Of a stretch of 30,851 nucleotides of DNA, positions 1 through 8,688 are shown piece after piece. Numbering within the stretch: position 1 is the first letter of the stretch; each line of letters begins with the position of its first letter. The notes beneath the pieces are model-generated. The model had not been told where the DNA came from. It was given only the letters and a program-made list of their open reading frames with translations, and made no database searches. The position numbers were made by a program, and so were the translations under genes. The stretch is from Chiloscyllium plagiosum (taxonomy: Eukaryota), in the NCBI RefSeq assembly GCF_004010195.1, contig NC_057754.1:708169-739019 (forward strand). The letters run 5' to 3'.

Positions 1-149
1 CTGAGTAAATTTCCAAATTGTTTCCATTACATCATTCAATGACATTCAAGGCAACTGGAAGTAGGATTGGAAAGTAGGGTTAGTGTAGATAGGTCAGCAT
101 GGATTGGATGACCCAAAGCTCTATTACTCTGCTGTTGGGTACAAGGCAG

Positions 150-838
150 ATACTGTCCAGACTATGGTAACAGCAGAGGAACCTCAATCATTAGAAAGGT
201 TTAAAACTGATAAGGAGGAGGTATTGGATAAGCTGGTGCTGCTTAAAGTTATGAGGAACTAGGACCACATGAGATGCGGCAAAGGACATTGAAAGAAGTG
301 AGAATGGAAATTGCAGGAGCACTGGCAATGATCAGCATTTACTTACCATTCACTTAAACTTTGGTCATGGACAAACCTCTAGAAATTAATTTTCGATAGT
401 CACCTGTAAAAATGTGAGTTGATTCAGATGAGTCAGCATGGATTTGTATCTAAGATGGTGTCTAACTAATTTCCTGCGGATGTTTGAAGAGGTAACATAG
501 AGAATTATGACACACATACACACACACCAGACCTGTGTCATGGAATAAAAGGGTCAGTAGGAAGATGGATGCAACATTGGCTAAAGGATCACTAACAGAG
601 AGTAATGGTCAATGGCTATTTTTCAGGCTGAAGGAAGGTTTGTAGTGGTGTTACCTAGGGGTCAGTATTGTGACCTTTGGTTTTCCTGATAAATAGAAAT
701 CATCTAGATCTTGCTGTGCAGAGGACAATTTCAGCGTTTGTGGATGAAGCATTGACAGACATAAGAAGAGCAATGTAAACATACAAAGGGACATAGAAAA
801 GTTGTTGAGTAGGCAGAGAGATAGCAGATGAAGTTCAG
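150..838 (+). mobile_element. CR1-type LINE ORF2 (RT) remnant, 5' part; interrupted at 838 by a solo LTR
   Basis: Decayed translations LERFKTDKEEVLDKL, TLKEVRMEIAGALAMI, SQHGF and QRVMVNGYFSG*RKVCSGVT*GSVL match CR1 ORF2 motifs, with stops, frameshifts and deletions. It ends at cagatgaagttc (QMKF) and resumes at 2352 with aatgtggagaagtgtgaggtg (NVEKCEV). Confidence 0.9.
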
Positions 839-1006
839 TGTTATAGTGACCAGCCGAATCTTGTTGACTATGAGATCCTTGATTGGGGTTGTTAAACTGA
901 GCCAATCAGGAAAGCCTTCGCTGACTGTTATAACAGGGAATTTACAAAGAAAAAAAATATATAATCAGGAAAAGAAAGAAAAGAAAAAAATATATAACCC
1001 GAGGAA

Positions 1007-1358
1007 TGTCCCTGGAAAAGGAGCGTGCAGTGTCGACCAACACCCTCGAAGCTTTTAGGAAGAATGGGCATCGCAGGGTGTGGAGTGTTTTATCTCCCCC
1101 TCCAACTCTATTTTGATTTAATCCCTGTCCTTCCCTTCACTTTTTTTGATCACGTAGCATTGCCCTTTGTCGAGACGGGCACTGCTTGTCATTGGCCACT
1201 CGGGTGTTTCCTTTCCTTCTGGTGGTGGAATATAAATAAAGATTTGCGCACTTGTTCCTCACTGTGTCCTACATCGGTACACATACGGCGTGGGTACTGG
1301 GGGAAAATAACCACTACTGCTGTTAGGCAGAAGTAAAGAGAAAAAAAGAAAAAATAAA
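1007..1358 (+). mobile_element. 5'-truncated Tx1/L1-clade non-LTR retrotransposon 3' end (ORF2 C-terminus, 3'UTR, hairpin tail, A tail), copy 1
   Basis: Reads SLEKERAVSTNTLEAFR then, after a frameshift, QGVECFISPSNSILI*. It is homologous to 1665-1956, 13950-14445 and 22337-22544, has AATAAA in the UTR and an A-rich tail at 1336-1358. The clade assignment is from recall. Confidence 0.7.
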
Positions 1359-1474
1359 ATAAACAGGAGTGTCAGACATGCTGTTCATTCAGAGAGCTGG
1401 CTTTGAGGAACCTGGACCACTGTCAACTACTCTGAATGTGAAAATAAAGGGTGATTTGGCGACAGGAAAAAAAA
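1359..1474 (+). mobile_element. Polyadenylated TATA-to-polyA-site fragment of a different, related LTR subfamily
   Basis: ataaacaggagtgtcagac...aataaagggtgatttggcgacagg followed by A8. The 3' part matches the host LTR (aataaaaggtgacttggtgatgg, about 2302-2324) but the middle differs. It stops 18 nt after AATAAA and lacks the U5 end. Confidence 0.7.
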
Positions 1475-1664
1475 CCTATAACCATGGGATTTACAAAGAA
1501 AAAAATGTAACTAGGAAAATAAAAAAAAATGTAAAAATATAACCGGGGATTTACAAAGAAAATAACATATAAACAGGAGAAGAAAGAAAAGAGAAAAAAA
1601 ACATATATATATATATAGATATATACATACATACAGGGGATTTAGAATGTCCTCAGTTCTGGGA

Positions 1665-1975
1665 CACCCTCGATGTTTTCAGGGAGAAGTGGGCACCGCG
1701 GGGAGTGGAGTGTTTTATTTCTCCCTCCAGCTGTATTTTGATTTAGTCCCTGCCCTCCCCTTCACCTTTAATCATGCAACATTGCCCTTTGTTGAGAAGG
1801 GCTCTGCCTGTCACTGGCCACTCTGGTGTTTCCATTCTTCCTGGTGGTGGAATATGAATACAGATTTCCTTACTCGTTTTTTCACTGTGTCCTACACTTA
1901 CACGACATAGGTGCTGGGAAAAATAAACACTGCCACTGTTTGGTGGTAGTGTGGGGATATATACATATATAAATA
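1665..1975 (+). mobile_element. 5'-truncated Tx1/L1-clade 3' end, copy 2
   Basis: Reads TLDVFREKWAPRGVECFISPSSCILI*, with a UTR collinear with copy 1 and a terminal hairpin acactgccac-tgtttg-gtggtagtgt (1927-1952). It is preceded by a ~34 nt copy of the LTR target (1631-1664). Confidence 0.75.
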
Positions 1976-2045
1976 AAACCAGGAGATTTAGAATCTCAGT
2001 TTAAAAAAAAACAAAAAATAAATAACCGGGGGAAAAAAGAAAGTT

Positions 2046-2144
2046 TAATCAGGAGTTTAGGTTCTCCTCAGTTCAGGCAACTGACTCTGAGCTGACTGGC
2101 CACAAGAAAATAAAGGGTGACTTGGTGACAGAGGGGAAAAAAAA
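2046..2144 (+). mobile_element. Second polyadenylated LTR R-region fragment (host-like subfamily, internally deleted)
   Basis: taatcaggagtttaggttctcctcagttcaggcaactgactctgagctgactggccacaa...aataaagggtgacttggtgacagagggg plus an A run; it parallels 2220-2324 and ends about 20 nt after AATAAA. Confidence 0.7.
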
Positions 2145-2827
2145 CAAAATAACATATAACCGGGGGAGCTGTATGGCAATAGTGTAGGGGAAGCATAGGA
2201 ATTTGAAAAAGGAAAGAAATATAAACAGGGGATTTAGAATCTCCTCAGTTGAGGACTGACTCCAAGCTGGCCGGTCACAGTTCGTGTACTGTGCACAAGT
2301 AAATAAAAGGTGACTTGGTGATGGAATACTGGCCTCTATGCAGTTATTTCAAATGTGGAGAAGTGTGAGGTGATGCCGTTTGTTCGCAGGAACATTGGGC
2401 GACAGTATAAAATAAAGGGTATTATTCTGAAGGGTGTGCAAGAACAGCAAGACCTGGGTGTATTTGTACAAAGGTGAAAGATAGAGAGAGCTGTTAATGG
2501 ACTATACAGTATTCTAATCTTTATCAATAGGAGTATGGAGCAGGATGATGTCAGTGAACCTATATGAGACACTGGTTAGACCTCAGCTGGAGTATTATGT
2601 GTGGTTCTGTGTGCTGCATTATAAGAAAGAACACATTGGAGAGAGAGCAGGAAAGGTTTACAAGAGTGTTTTCAGCCTCAATCATAAGGAAACATTTGAG
2701 ACATTCGTACTGCTTTCTTTGCAGGGGGGATGGCTAAGGTGGCATTTGATGGGAGTTTTCAAAACCTCAGGGGTCGGTGCAGAAGTTGTTCCTGGATGTG
2801 CAATGATTGAGAATGAGTTTTGACATG

Positions 2828-3051
2828 AGCTGGAAATGTGTTGCTGGAAAAGCGCAGCAGGTCAGGCAGCATCCAGGGAACAGGAGAATCGACGTTTCGG
2901 GCATAAGCCCTTCTTCAGGATTTCCTGAAGAAGGGCTTATGCCCGAAACGTCGATTCTCCTGTTCCCTGGATGCTGCCTGACCTGCTGCGCTTTTCCAGC
3001 AACACATTTCCAGCTCTGATCTCCAGCATCTGCAGACCTCACTTTCTCCTC
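2828..3051. mobile_element. Penelope-like element (PLE) inverted pseudo-LTR insertion with 16-bp TSD
   Basis: Perfect 93-bp inverted repeat (2828-2920 / 2923-3015, 2-nt spacer) plus a 36-nt tail, flanked by the exact direct repeat aatgagttttgacatg (2812-2827, 3052-3067). It contains the hammerhead-type core typical of PLE pseudo-LTRs. Confidence 0.85.
2923..2958 (+). ncRNA. Minimal hammerhead ribozyme motif (mirror copy on the - strand at about 2885-2920)
   Basis: CUGAAGA (2925-2931), A, stem II GGGC-UUAU-GCCC (2933-2944), GAAAC (2945-2949), GUC (2950-2952), with a self-complementary ACGU in short stem III. Stem I is unclear because the inversion junction lies immediately upstream. Confidence 0.6.
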
Positions 3052-3415
3052 AATGAGTTTTGACATGTTTTGTAAAAGAAGCGAGTATGAGGTGAGACTA
3101 TCTCAGATAGCAAGTAGCTAGGGTTTGGAACAGACTGCCTCGAAGGGTGACTGAGGCAGGTTCAGCTGAAACAGTCAAGGCAACATTGGATGATTAAATA
3201 GAAATGAATGAGCAGGGTTATGTGAGAAAGGCAAGTGCTTAGCACCAAGTGAAAATGCTTAGAGAGCAAGTGCAAAATGCATCGTTCTGTACCATATCAT
3301 TTTTGTGAAACGGTCAGCTAGGAGAGCATGTTCCTGATTTCCAGTAGTAACAGGAATACTGAAATACTCATCTTTCTAAATACAGCAGTCCCTAGACAAA
3401 ACCAGAGACCATTCA

Positions 3416-3446
<31 letters not shown>
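3416..3446 (+). repeat. (CT)n microsatellite
   Basis: Directly visible run of ct dinucleotides. Confidence 0.95.
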
Positions 3447-3649
3447 CTGAGTTTGATTTAAATATTGTCTACATGAGAGGAGTTAATGGATACATCTGCT
3501 GTAAATGTCAAACAATCCCAAAGGACTGTTCTCATCACAAAAATAATTAGCCAGCTTTGCAATTAAAGCAACACTAATTCATAAATACAGTAAATCTGCA
3601 TAAAAATGGATAAACTAAAGCACTGATAAATAAGTTAGTTGCGAAGCTG

Positions 3650-4032
3650 CCATTGCTTCCCTTTGGGCAGAGAAGGTTTGGAGGGAGATTGAATCGAGGC
3701 GTTCAGAATCAAAAAGGGGGCTGTAGGATCGAGTCAATGAGGGAGAAACTGCTCCCAGCGATAGGAAAGTCGGTCACCAGAGTGACGCGGGATGAAGAGA
3801 ATTGGGAATAGACCTTGAACGAGGGAGGGGAAGAGGAGGAGAATGTTGTGATCTGGGAGGGTGCTGCTCAAATTCAACAGAAACTTTGAGAAAAGAATTG
3901 GGTAAACACTTAAAAGGTTTGCAAAGCTAGAGGGAAGGGTTGGGGGGGTGTGGAACTAACTTGACAACTCTTTCAGAGAGCAGGTACAGACTCGATGGGC
4001 TCCTTTAGTGGTATATAATTTCTCTGATTCTC
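3650..4032 (+). mobile_element. Old CR1-type LINE 3' end
   Basis: cagagaaggtttggagggagattgaatcgaggcgttcagaatc ... caggtacagactcgatgggc...gattct has the CR1 ORF2 C-terminus and 3'UTR layout; it is homologous to - strand copies near 5.1-5.5 and 13.0-13.7 kb. Confidence 0.65.
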
Positions 4033-4284
4033 ACCACTGCCTCCTTTCCCACCACATTATAATAAACTACCAGCACACAAGCTCGGGATCAGATCTGTAG
4101 TGAGTTTGAGTTTTGTTTTTAACAATTCCCTTTGTTATTAAGAACTTGAATCTGATTGATGCTGTTCAATATGTCAGCAATTTTCACTGCAAAGCCATTT
4201 CTGTCCTAAAAAAACTGAAGGCTTGCAGGTTTATATTTGTCAAGTGAGAAACTGATGGATCTGACTGTAATTAACACAAATGTT

Positions 4285-4672
4285 ATTCAGGAAAAGGGCA
4301 TACAGCCTTGCAATCTCGTTCTGCCATTCACAGCAATCTGTATACCAACTGTTTACCCAGCTTTGCTCAATATAGTCGAATACCCATATCCAACAAAAAC
4401 TTCAGAAAGTCTCAGCCTTGAAAACTCTCTCCAGTTGACTCTCAGCCTCCACAGGTCATTTATTGTGGGGGTGGGGGGGGGGGGGGGGGGTGATCCATAT
4501 TCTCCCTTCCCTTTGAGTGAGAAATTGCTCCCTGAACAGCCTGACTAGAATTTAAAAATTTCTTCCCGTTTGCTCTAGATTCCTCCCCCCTCCACACCAC
4601 ATCTACCCTCCACCCACCAAGGGAAATAGTTTCTGTCTATTTATCTGACAGATTTGTTTGAATGTTTCAAAC
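4285..4672 (-). mobile_element. Decayed CR1-type 3' end containing a poly-G run
   Basis: catacagccttgcaatctcgttctgccattca...ctcagccttgaaa...gagaaattgctccctga resembles the - strand CR1 tail at 12297-12760. Confidence 0.5.
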
Positions 4673-5071
4673 TGTTCTCCTTTTAAAAGCAATATTTGTA
4701 TTTATCTGGGGTGTGTCATATCTCAGCACAGCTTGGTTTCCTACCTTCCTGTTGTCTCATTGGAACAACAGTCAGCCAGACTGTGAACGCCTCGTCATCC
4801 TTAATACTGAGCACCAGAAACACAGTTAGTCACTAACAATCTCAAATGGCAATTAATTCCAACCATGTTCCAGCCCAGAAAGCAAAGTATTATTCATAAA
4901 TATTACGATGTATTTGTTAAATAATGTTTTACATTTTTAATTAACCTTTTTCCAATTTTATGTTTTCATAATTTTCATATAAATCCTTAAGCTTTTTGCT
5001 CCCCATTCCATTCCCAGCTCAGTTGAAATGTGAAGTACATAGAGCCTGAAATAGCTTTTTAGCCTTGGCAT

Positions 5072-5500
5072 TCATAGAATGACACGACATAAGAGGAGGC
5101 CGTTCATTCCCTCAGGCCTGTATTTACTCTTGAAAGATCTATTTAATTATTACCTGCTCTCCTCACACCTAGTCTCTCCCACACAGACCTGCAAGTTTCT
5201 GCTTTCCCAGTATTCCCCCCACCCAGACACCTTTTGAATGTTCCTGTTGAATCTGCTTCCCCTGCCTTTTCAGAAGCATGTTTCAGGTTACAACAACTCA
5301 TTGCCTCAAATAAAATATTCTCCTCATCTCCCCCTCAGGTTCTTTTCCCAGATCGCTTCCCTCTGATGACTGACCCTCCTGCCTCTGGGAACAGTTTCTC
5401 CCCCATTGACTCAATCCAGGACCTACCCGATAAACCATTGAATCGCCTTTGCTCTAAGGGGAACAATCCTGTCAACTCCACTCTCTCCACCAAACTAAAT
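5072..5500 (-). mobile_element. Old CR1-type LINE 3' end
   Basis: catagaatgacac...aggaggccgttcattccc start; collinear with 8030-8250 and 13040-13406 (cttttgaatgttcctgttgaatctgcttcc, ctcctcatctccccc). Confidence 0.65.
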
Positions 5501-5754
5501 GCTAATTATATTTTAAAAAACGATCATGCTCTCCCTAATGACAAATTGATGCTGTACTCACGTGGCACATTTGAGAGATAGGAGAAGGAAATGGAGGAGA
5601 AAGGAACCCAATCCATTCCACTAGTTTGTTTTTCTCAGTAAGTGTTGGTCCGCTCCTCCTCCGGCATCAGTCACGAGGGCTGGTTTCAGAATCACCGGGC
5701 CTGAGCTCACAGCAACAATTCGACACCCTCTACTCGGTGAGACAGCGGATGCAA

Positions 5755-6068
5755 CTTCCCCTCCCCACCTCTCTACTCCTCAGGTTGCCCCCTCCTTGAC
5801 ACCCCTTCATCTGTTGCCCTCCCCTTCCTTGCTTCTGCTTCTCTCCACTTATTTCCCCATTTTCACTCACTTTTTCTTCACCTCACCTCTGCGGTTCTCC
5901 CCTCCTTGCCTCTCTTCTCATCATCTCCCCTTCCCTCTCTTTCCTTCCTTCTCTCCCTCTTTCTCATCTCCCCATTTTCCTCCACCCTTCCTCTGATCTC
6001 CCTTTGTCTGATCTCTTGCCCTTTCTCTTGTTTTCTCCCTCATCTTCCACTTTCTCCTCTCCCTCCAT
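5755..6068 (+). repeat. Polypyrimidine (C/T-rich) low-complexity tract
   Basis: About 310 nt composed almost entirely of C and T. Confidence 0.85.
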
Positions 6069-6278
6069 GCATTTGGATCTTGAATCTTATCTCGTGTTCA
6101 AACCATTTCTCGAACAAAGTTGGTACAATGCTGAGGAATAATAAATGCAGTAAAATAAAATGAGACAACTCTGGGAGTTGTTATTTCATTTTTTCACTGC
6201 AACCTCCAGGCCCTAACCTGTTCCTCAACTCCTTTTGATGAGACTGAAACATGTATTAAATGCTCTTCACTCTCATAG

Positions 6279-6349
6279 AAGTCAGCAAGACGTCTGCTAA
6301 GAAATATATGAGAAAAAAATACCAAGAAGCAGCCTACATTTTCCTGCAG
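6279..6349 (+). other. Candidate internal coding exon, (E)VSKTSAKKYMRKKYQEAAYIFLQ, gene unidentified
   Basis: Acceptor tgctcttcactctcatAG, donor cag|GTAATT, open 71-nt frame (phase 1 to 0) in apparently unique sequence. No homologue recognised. Confidence 0.4.
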
Positions 6350-6559
6350 GTAATTTTGTTGGAAACCACAGTGAATTTTTTCTTTTTGTTGCAAATGAGA
6401 TTAAAAACTTTTGCCGCCTCTGTAAATGTGGCGTGGGTCTCATGGGGCCTACCAAACTCATAGAAAAGTCTCAGGATGCCCGTCACTCAAAGGCCACAGT
6501 GGAAGCTGCTTTGTTTTTAGTTTCTGTTATTAGATTTTCTGGCCATACATGCAGTGTCC

Positions 6560-7080
6560 TATCAGAATATACTGTACAGAAACAGGCCACTTGGCCCATC
6601 TTCTGTTTTTTTTCTGCTCTGTATGAGCTTCCTCCCAACCCTTCTTCATCTCACTCCATAGCCCTATCCCCATTCCCCTGTATCTAACTTCTCCCTTTAA
6701 TTGTATCAAAAAGATTCACCTCAACCACTCCCTGTGTGAGTGGGTTCCACATTCTCCCCACAGTCTGGGTGAAGAGGTTTCTCATGAATTCCCGATTGGA
6801 TTGGTTAGTCACTGATTAATATTGATGGCGCGCTGGTCCTTGACAATTGGAAACATCTTCTCAACATCCACACTTTGCAAACTCCTTCATTCTTTTGAAA
6901 ACTCTTTTAGGTTACCCTATAGCCTTTTCTGTTCAGTCTTTCCGAAATGATGCAGCTTCTCAAATAAAGAACCTATCCTTGTCAACCTCTTAGACTTTTT
7001 GTCCAAAACGTCTATTTTTTTTACCATCTGGAGACCGGAGCTGTTCACATGAACTTCGAGTCAGGTCTAAACAAGATTAG
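6560..7080 (-). mobile_element. CR1-type LINE 3' end
   Basis: tacagaaacaggccacttggcccatc...caaccactccctgtg...ttccacattctc...ggaaacatcttctc...ggagaccggagctgttcaca is the reverse of the CR1 ORF2 C-terminus and 3'UTR. Confidence 0.75.
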
Positions 7081-7723
7081 ATGCAGGTGTTTCTGTTTTT
7101 CTATATTAAATTGGGACACCAAAATGTAAGGTGGAAATGCTTGTTCAAACCAGTCACAAATCATTAATATTTCAAACATCAGGGATTAATATAACTTTCA
7201 CACGGTAATACTTTGATTTCAGTTGCTAGTTTTGATCGAAGGCAAACCATCTATATGAAAATAAATTCACATTACAGAATTATAAGGGTACATTTGGTTG
7301 TGTTCTCTGCGTAACAAAAACAACCTTGAAAATATTTTTCATACCAGGAAGTTTAGATGTGCAATATGACATTGTTAATTGCCACTCATTATACAAGGTG
7401 TTAATGTTTGGAGAAGATATGTGAAACCTACAATAGTTATTCTTTGACCTGACAATATTCTGATCTCTGGCTTCATTTCCTGTGATGCCGCAGCTTCTGT
7501 TATGCAGCAATTCAGAGACCATAATCTCGGTATTAATCTGTTATTACATCCTTGTGATTTTCCATTATTTGGTTTTAATAATCACTTTGTAAAATCATTA
7601 GATTGACGTTACTCAGCCAGCAACAGAAACTTAGTGAAGAGAAAATCTCATATGCAATGTGGGTATAATTTATCACACATTCCTAATGAACCTTGAACTT
7701 ACTGAGCTACTTCGGCTTTTTAG

Positions 7724-8010
7724 GGGGCAATTAAGAGAATACCATATTGCTGTGGGTCAGGTGATAGATGTAGGCCAGACGGAGTAAGGATGGCAGATTT
7801 CTCTCTGAAGGACATGAGTGACGTGGATGGGTTTTTACAACAATTGATCATTGTTATCATGGCCACCATCACTGAGACCAGCTTCCAATTCCAGAGCTAG
7901 TTGAATGTCAATTCCAGCAGTAGCTGTGATTGGATTGGAACCCATATCCCCAGAACGTTAGTTTGAGCCTAGTAGCTGGTGACAATACAACAATTATCTC
8001 TTCCACCATC
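7724..8010 (-). mobile_element. tRNA-derived SINE (same family as 15407-15733 and 16301-16632)
   Basis: gggcaattaagag...attgctgtgggtc...gtaaggatggcagattt...gaaggacatgagtga is collinear with 16351-16600; the reverse B-box lies at ggattggaaccc. Confidence 0.75.
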
Positions 8011-8688
8011 ATCTCCAAACTCCGCAAATTTCTCCTTTTCAAGTATTTATTCAGCCTCCCCTTTAGAATGTTCCTATTGAATCACCAACTGCCCTTTCAG
8101 GCAGCATCTCCCTGATCACAGCAATTCACTTCATCAAGAAAACCATTCTCCTCATCTCCCCCTTGGGTTCCTGACTCAATTCCCCTCATTGGTTACTGAC
8201 CCTCCTGTCTCTGCAAATGCCACTTCATTCAAACCCCTTCCTGATAAACCATAGAATTTCAAATGTGAATAGCATCAAGATGCCTTCATCAAGACATACA
8301 GTCGGGACTGTGGCAACTTTCAAATCAAATGCATTTGGTATAAATCTCAGCTTTTGCTGATATTTCTGTGAGTTCAGTTTGTATCACTAAATGAATGATT
8401 CAATGCCTGTGGGACAAAGATATGCAAATATCTATGATTTATGAAAACCTTTGCCCTAGTGTTTTATTCCTTTGGTGAACTGCTTATGTATTGGTCAGAG
8501 TGATTGCAGACACCTACACATGACTACACCCCTCACAGCTTGCTTTCAGAGTGGCTGACTTGAACTGCCCCCCCCCCCCCCCACACTGCCCCCTTACCAC
8601 ACTGATGTCTCTCTTTCCCAGTGCCTGCTTACTATACTCCCTTCAATGTTCCACAATCCTCTCTCTCTCTGTCCTACTGTCCTCTTAC

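Larger units (their letters stand above)
839..2351 (+). mobile_element. Solo LTR (probably Gypsy-type) expanded by an internal insertion array at its TATA box
   Basis: Starts TG (tgttatagtg, 839) and ends CA (gttatttca, 2351), interrupting a contiguous CR1 frame. The U3 part has gattgg...ccaatc (CCAAT at 902) followed by TATA at 929. The LTR remainder resumes at 2220 with tataaacaggggattt and has AATAAA near 2302. No clean TSD is visible (agtg/aatg ambiguous). Confidence 0.75.
2352..3305 (+). mobile_element. CR1-type LINE ORF2 3' part and 3'UTR (continuation of 150-838); interrupted by a Penelope-like insertion
   Basis: NVEKCEVM, QDLGVFV and LYETLVRPQLEYYVWFCVLHYKK (ORF 2545-2823), then a decayed 3' end (tggaacagactgcc...). 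Confidence 0.9.

Noticed and set aside
929..2260. CRISPR-like repeat-spacer appearance of the target array
   Set aside because: Vertebrate context, degenerate repeats of variable length, spacers that are A tails and retroelement pieces, and no cas genes.
2767..3066. Mirror-image ORFs on both strands (SWKCVAGKAQQVRQHPG...)
   Set aside because: Artefact of the perfect palindrome.
4467..4490. Long G/C homopolymer runs (also 8568-8582 and 13349-13367)
   Set aside because: Simple slippage runs within decayed repeats or low-complexity tracts; nothing supports a function.
5681..5704. WFQNHRA resembling homeodomain helix 3 (WFQNRR)
   Set aside because: Immediately followed by a stop, with no upstream homeodomain similarity and no acceptor at the expected position; likely chance.
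5796..6163. Pro/Ser/Leu/Phe-rich ORFs
   Set aside because: Translation of a polypyrimidine tract.
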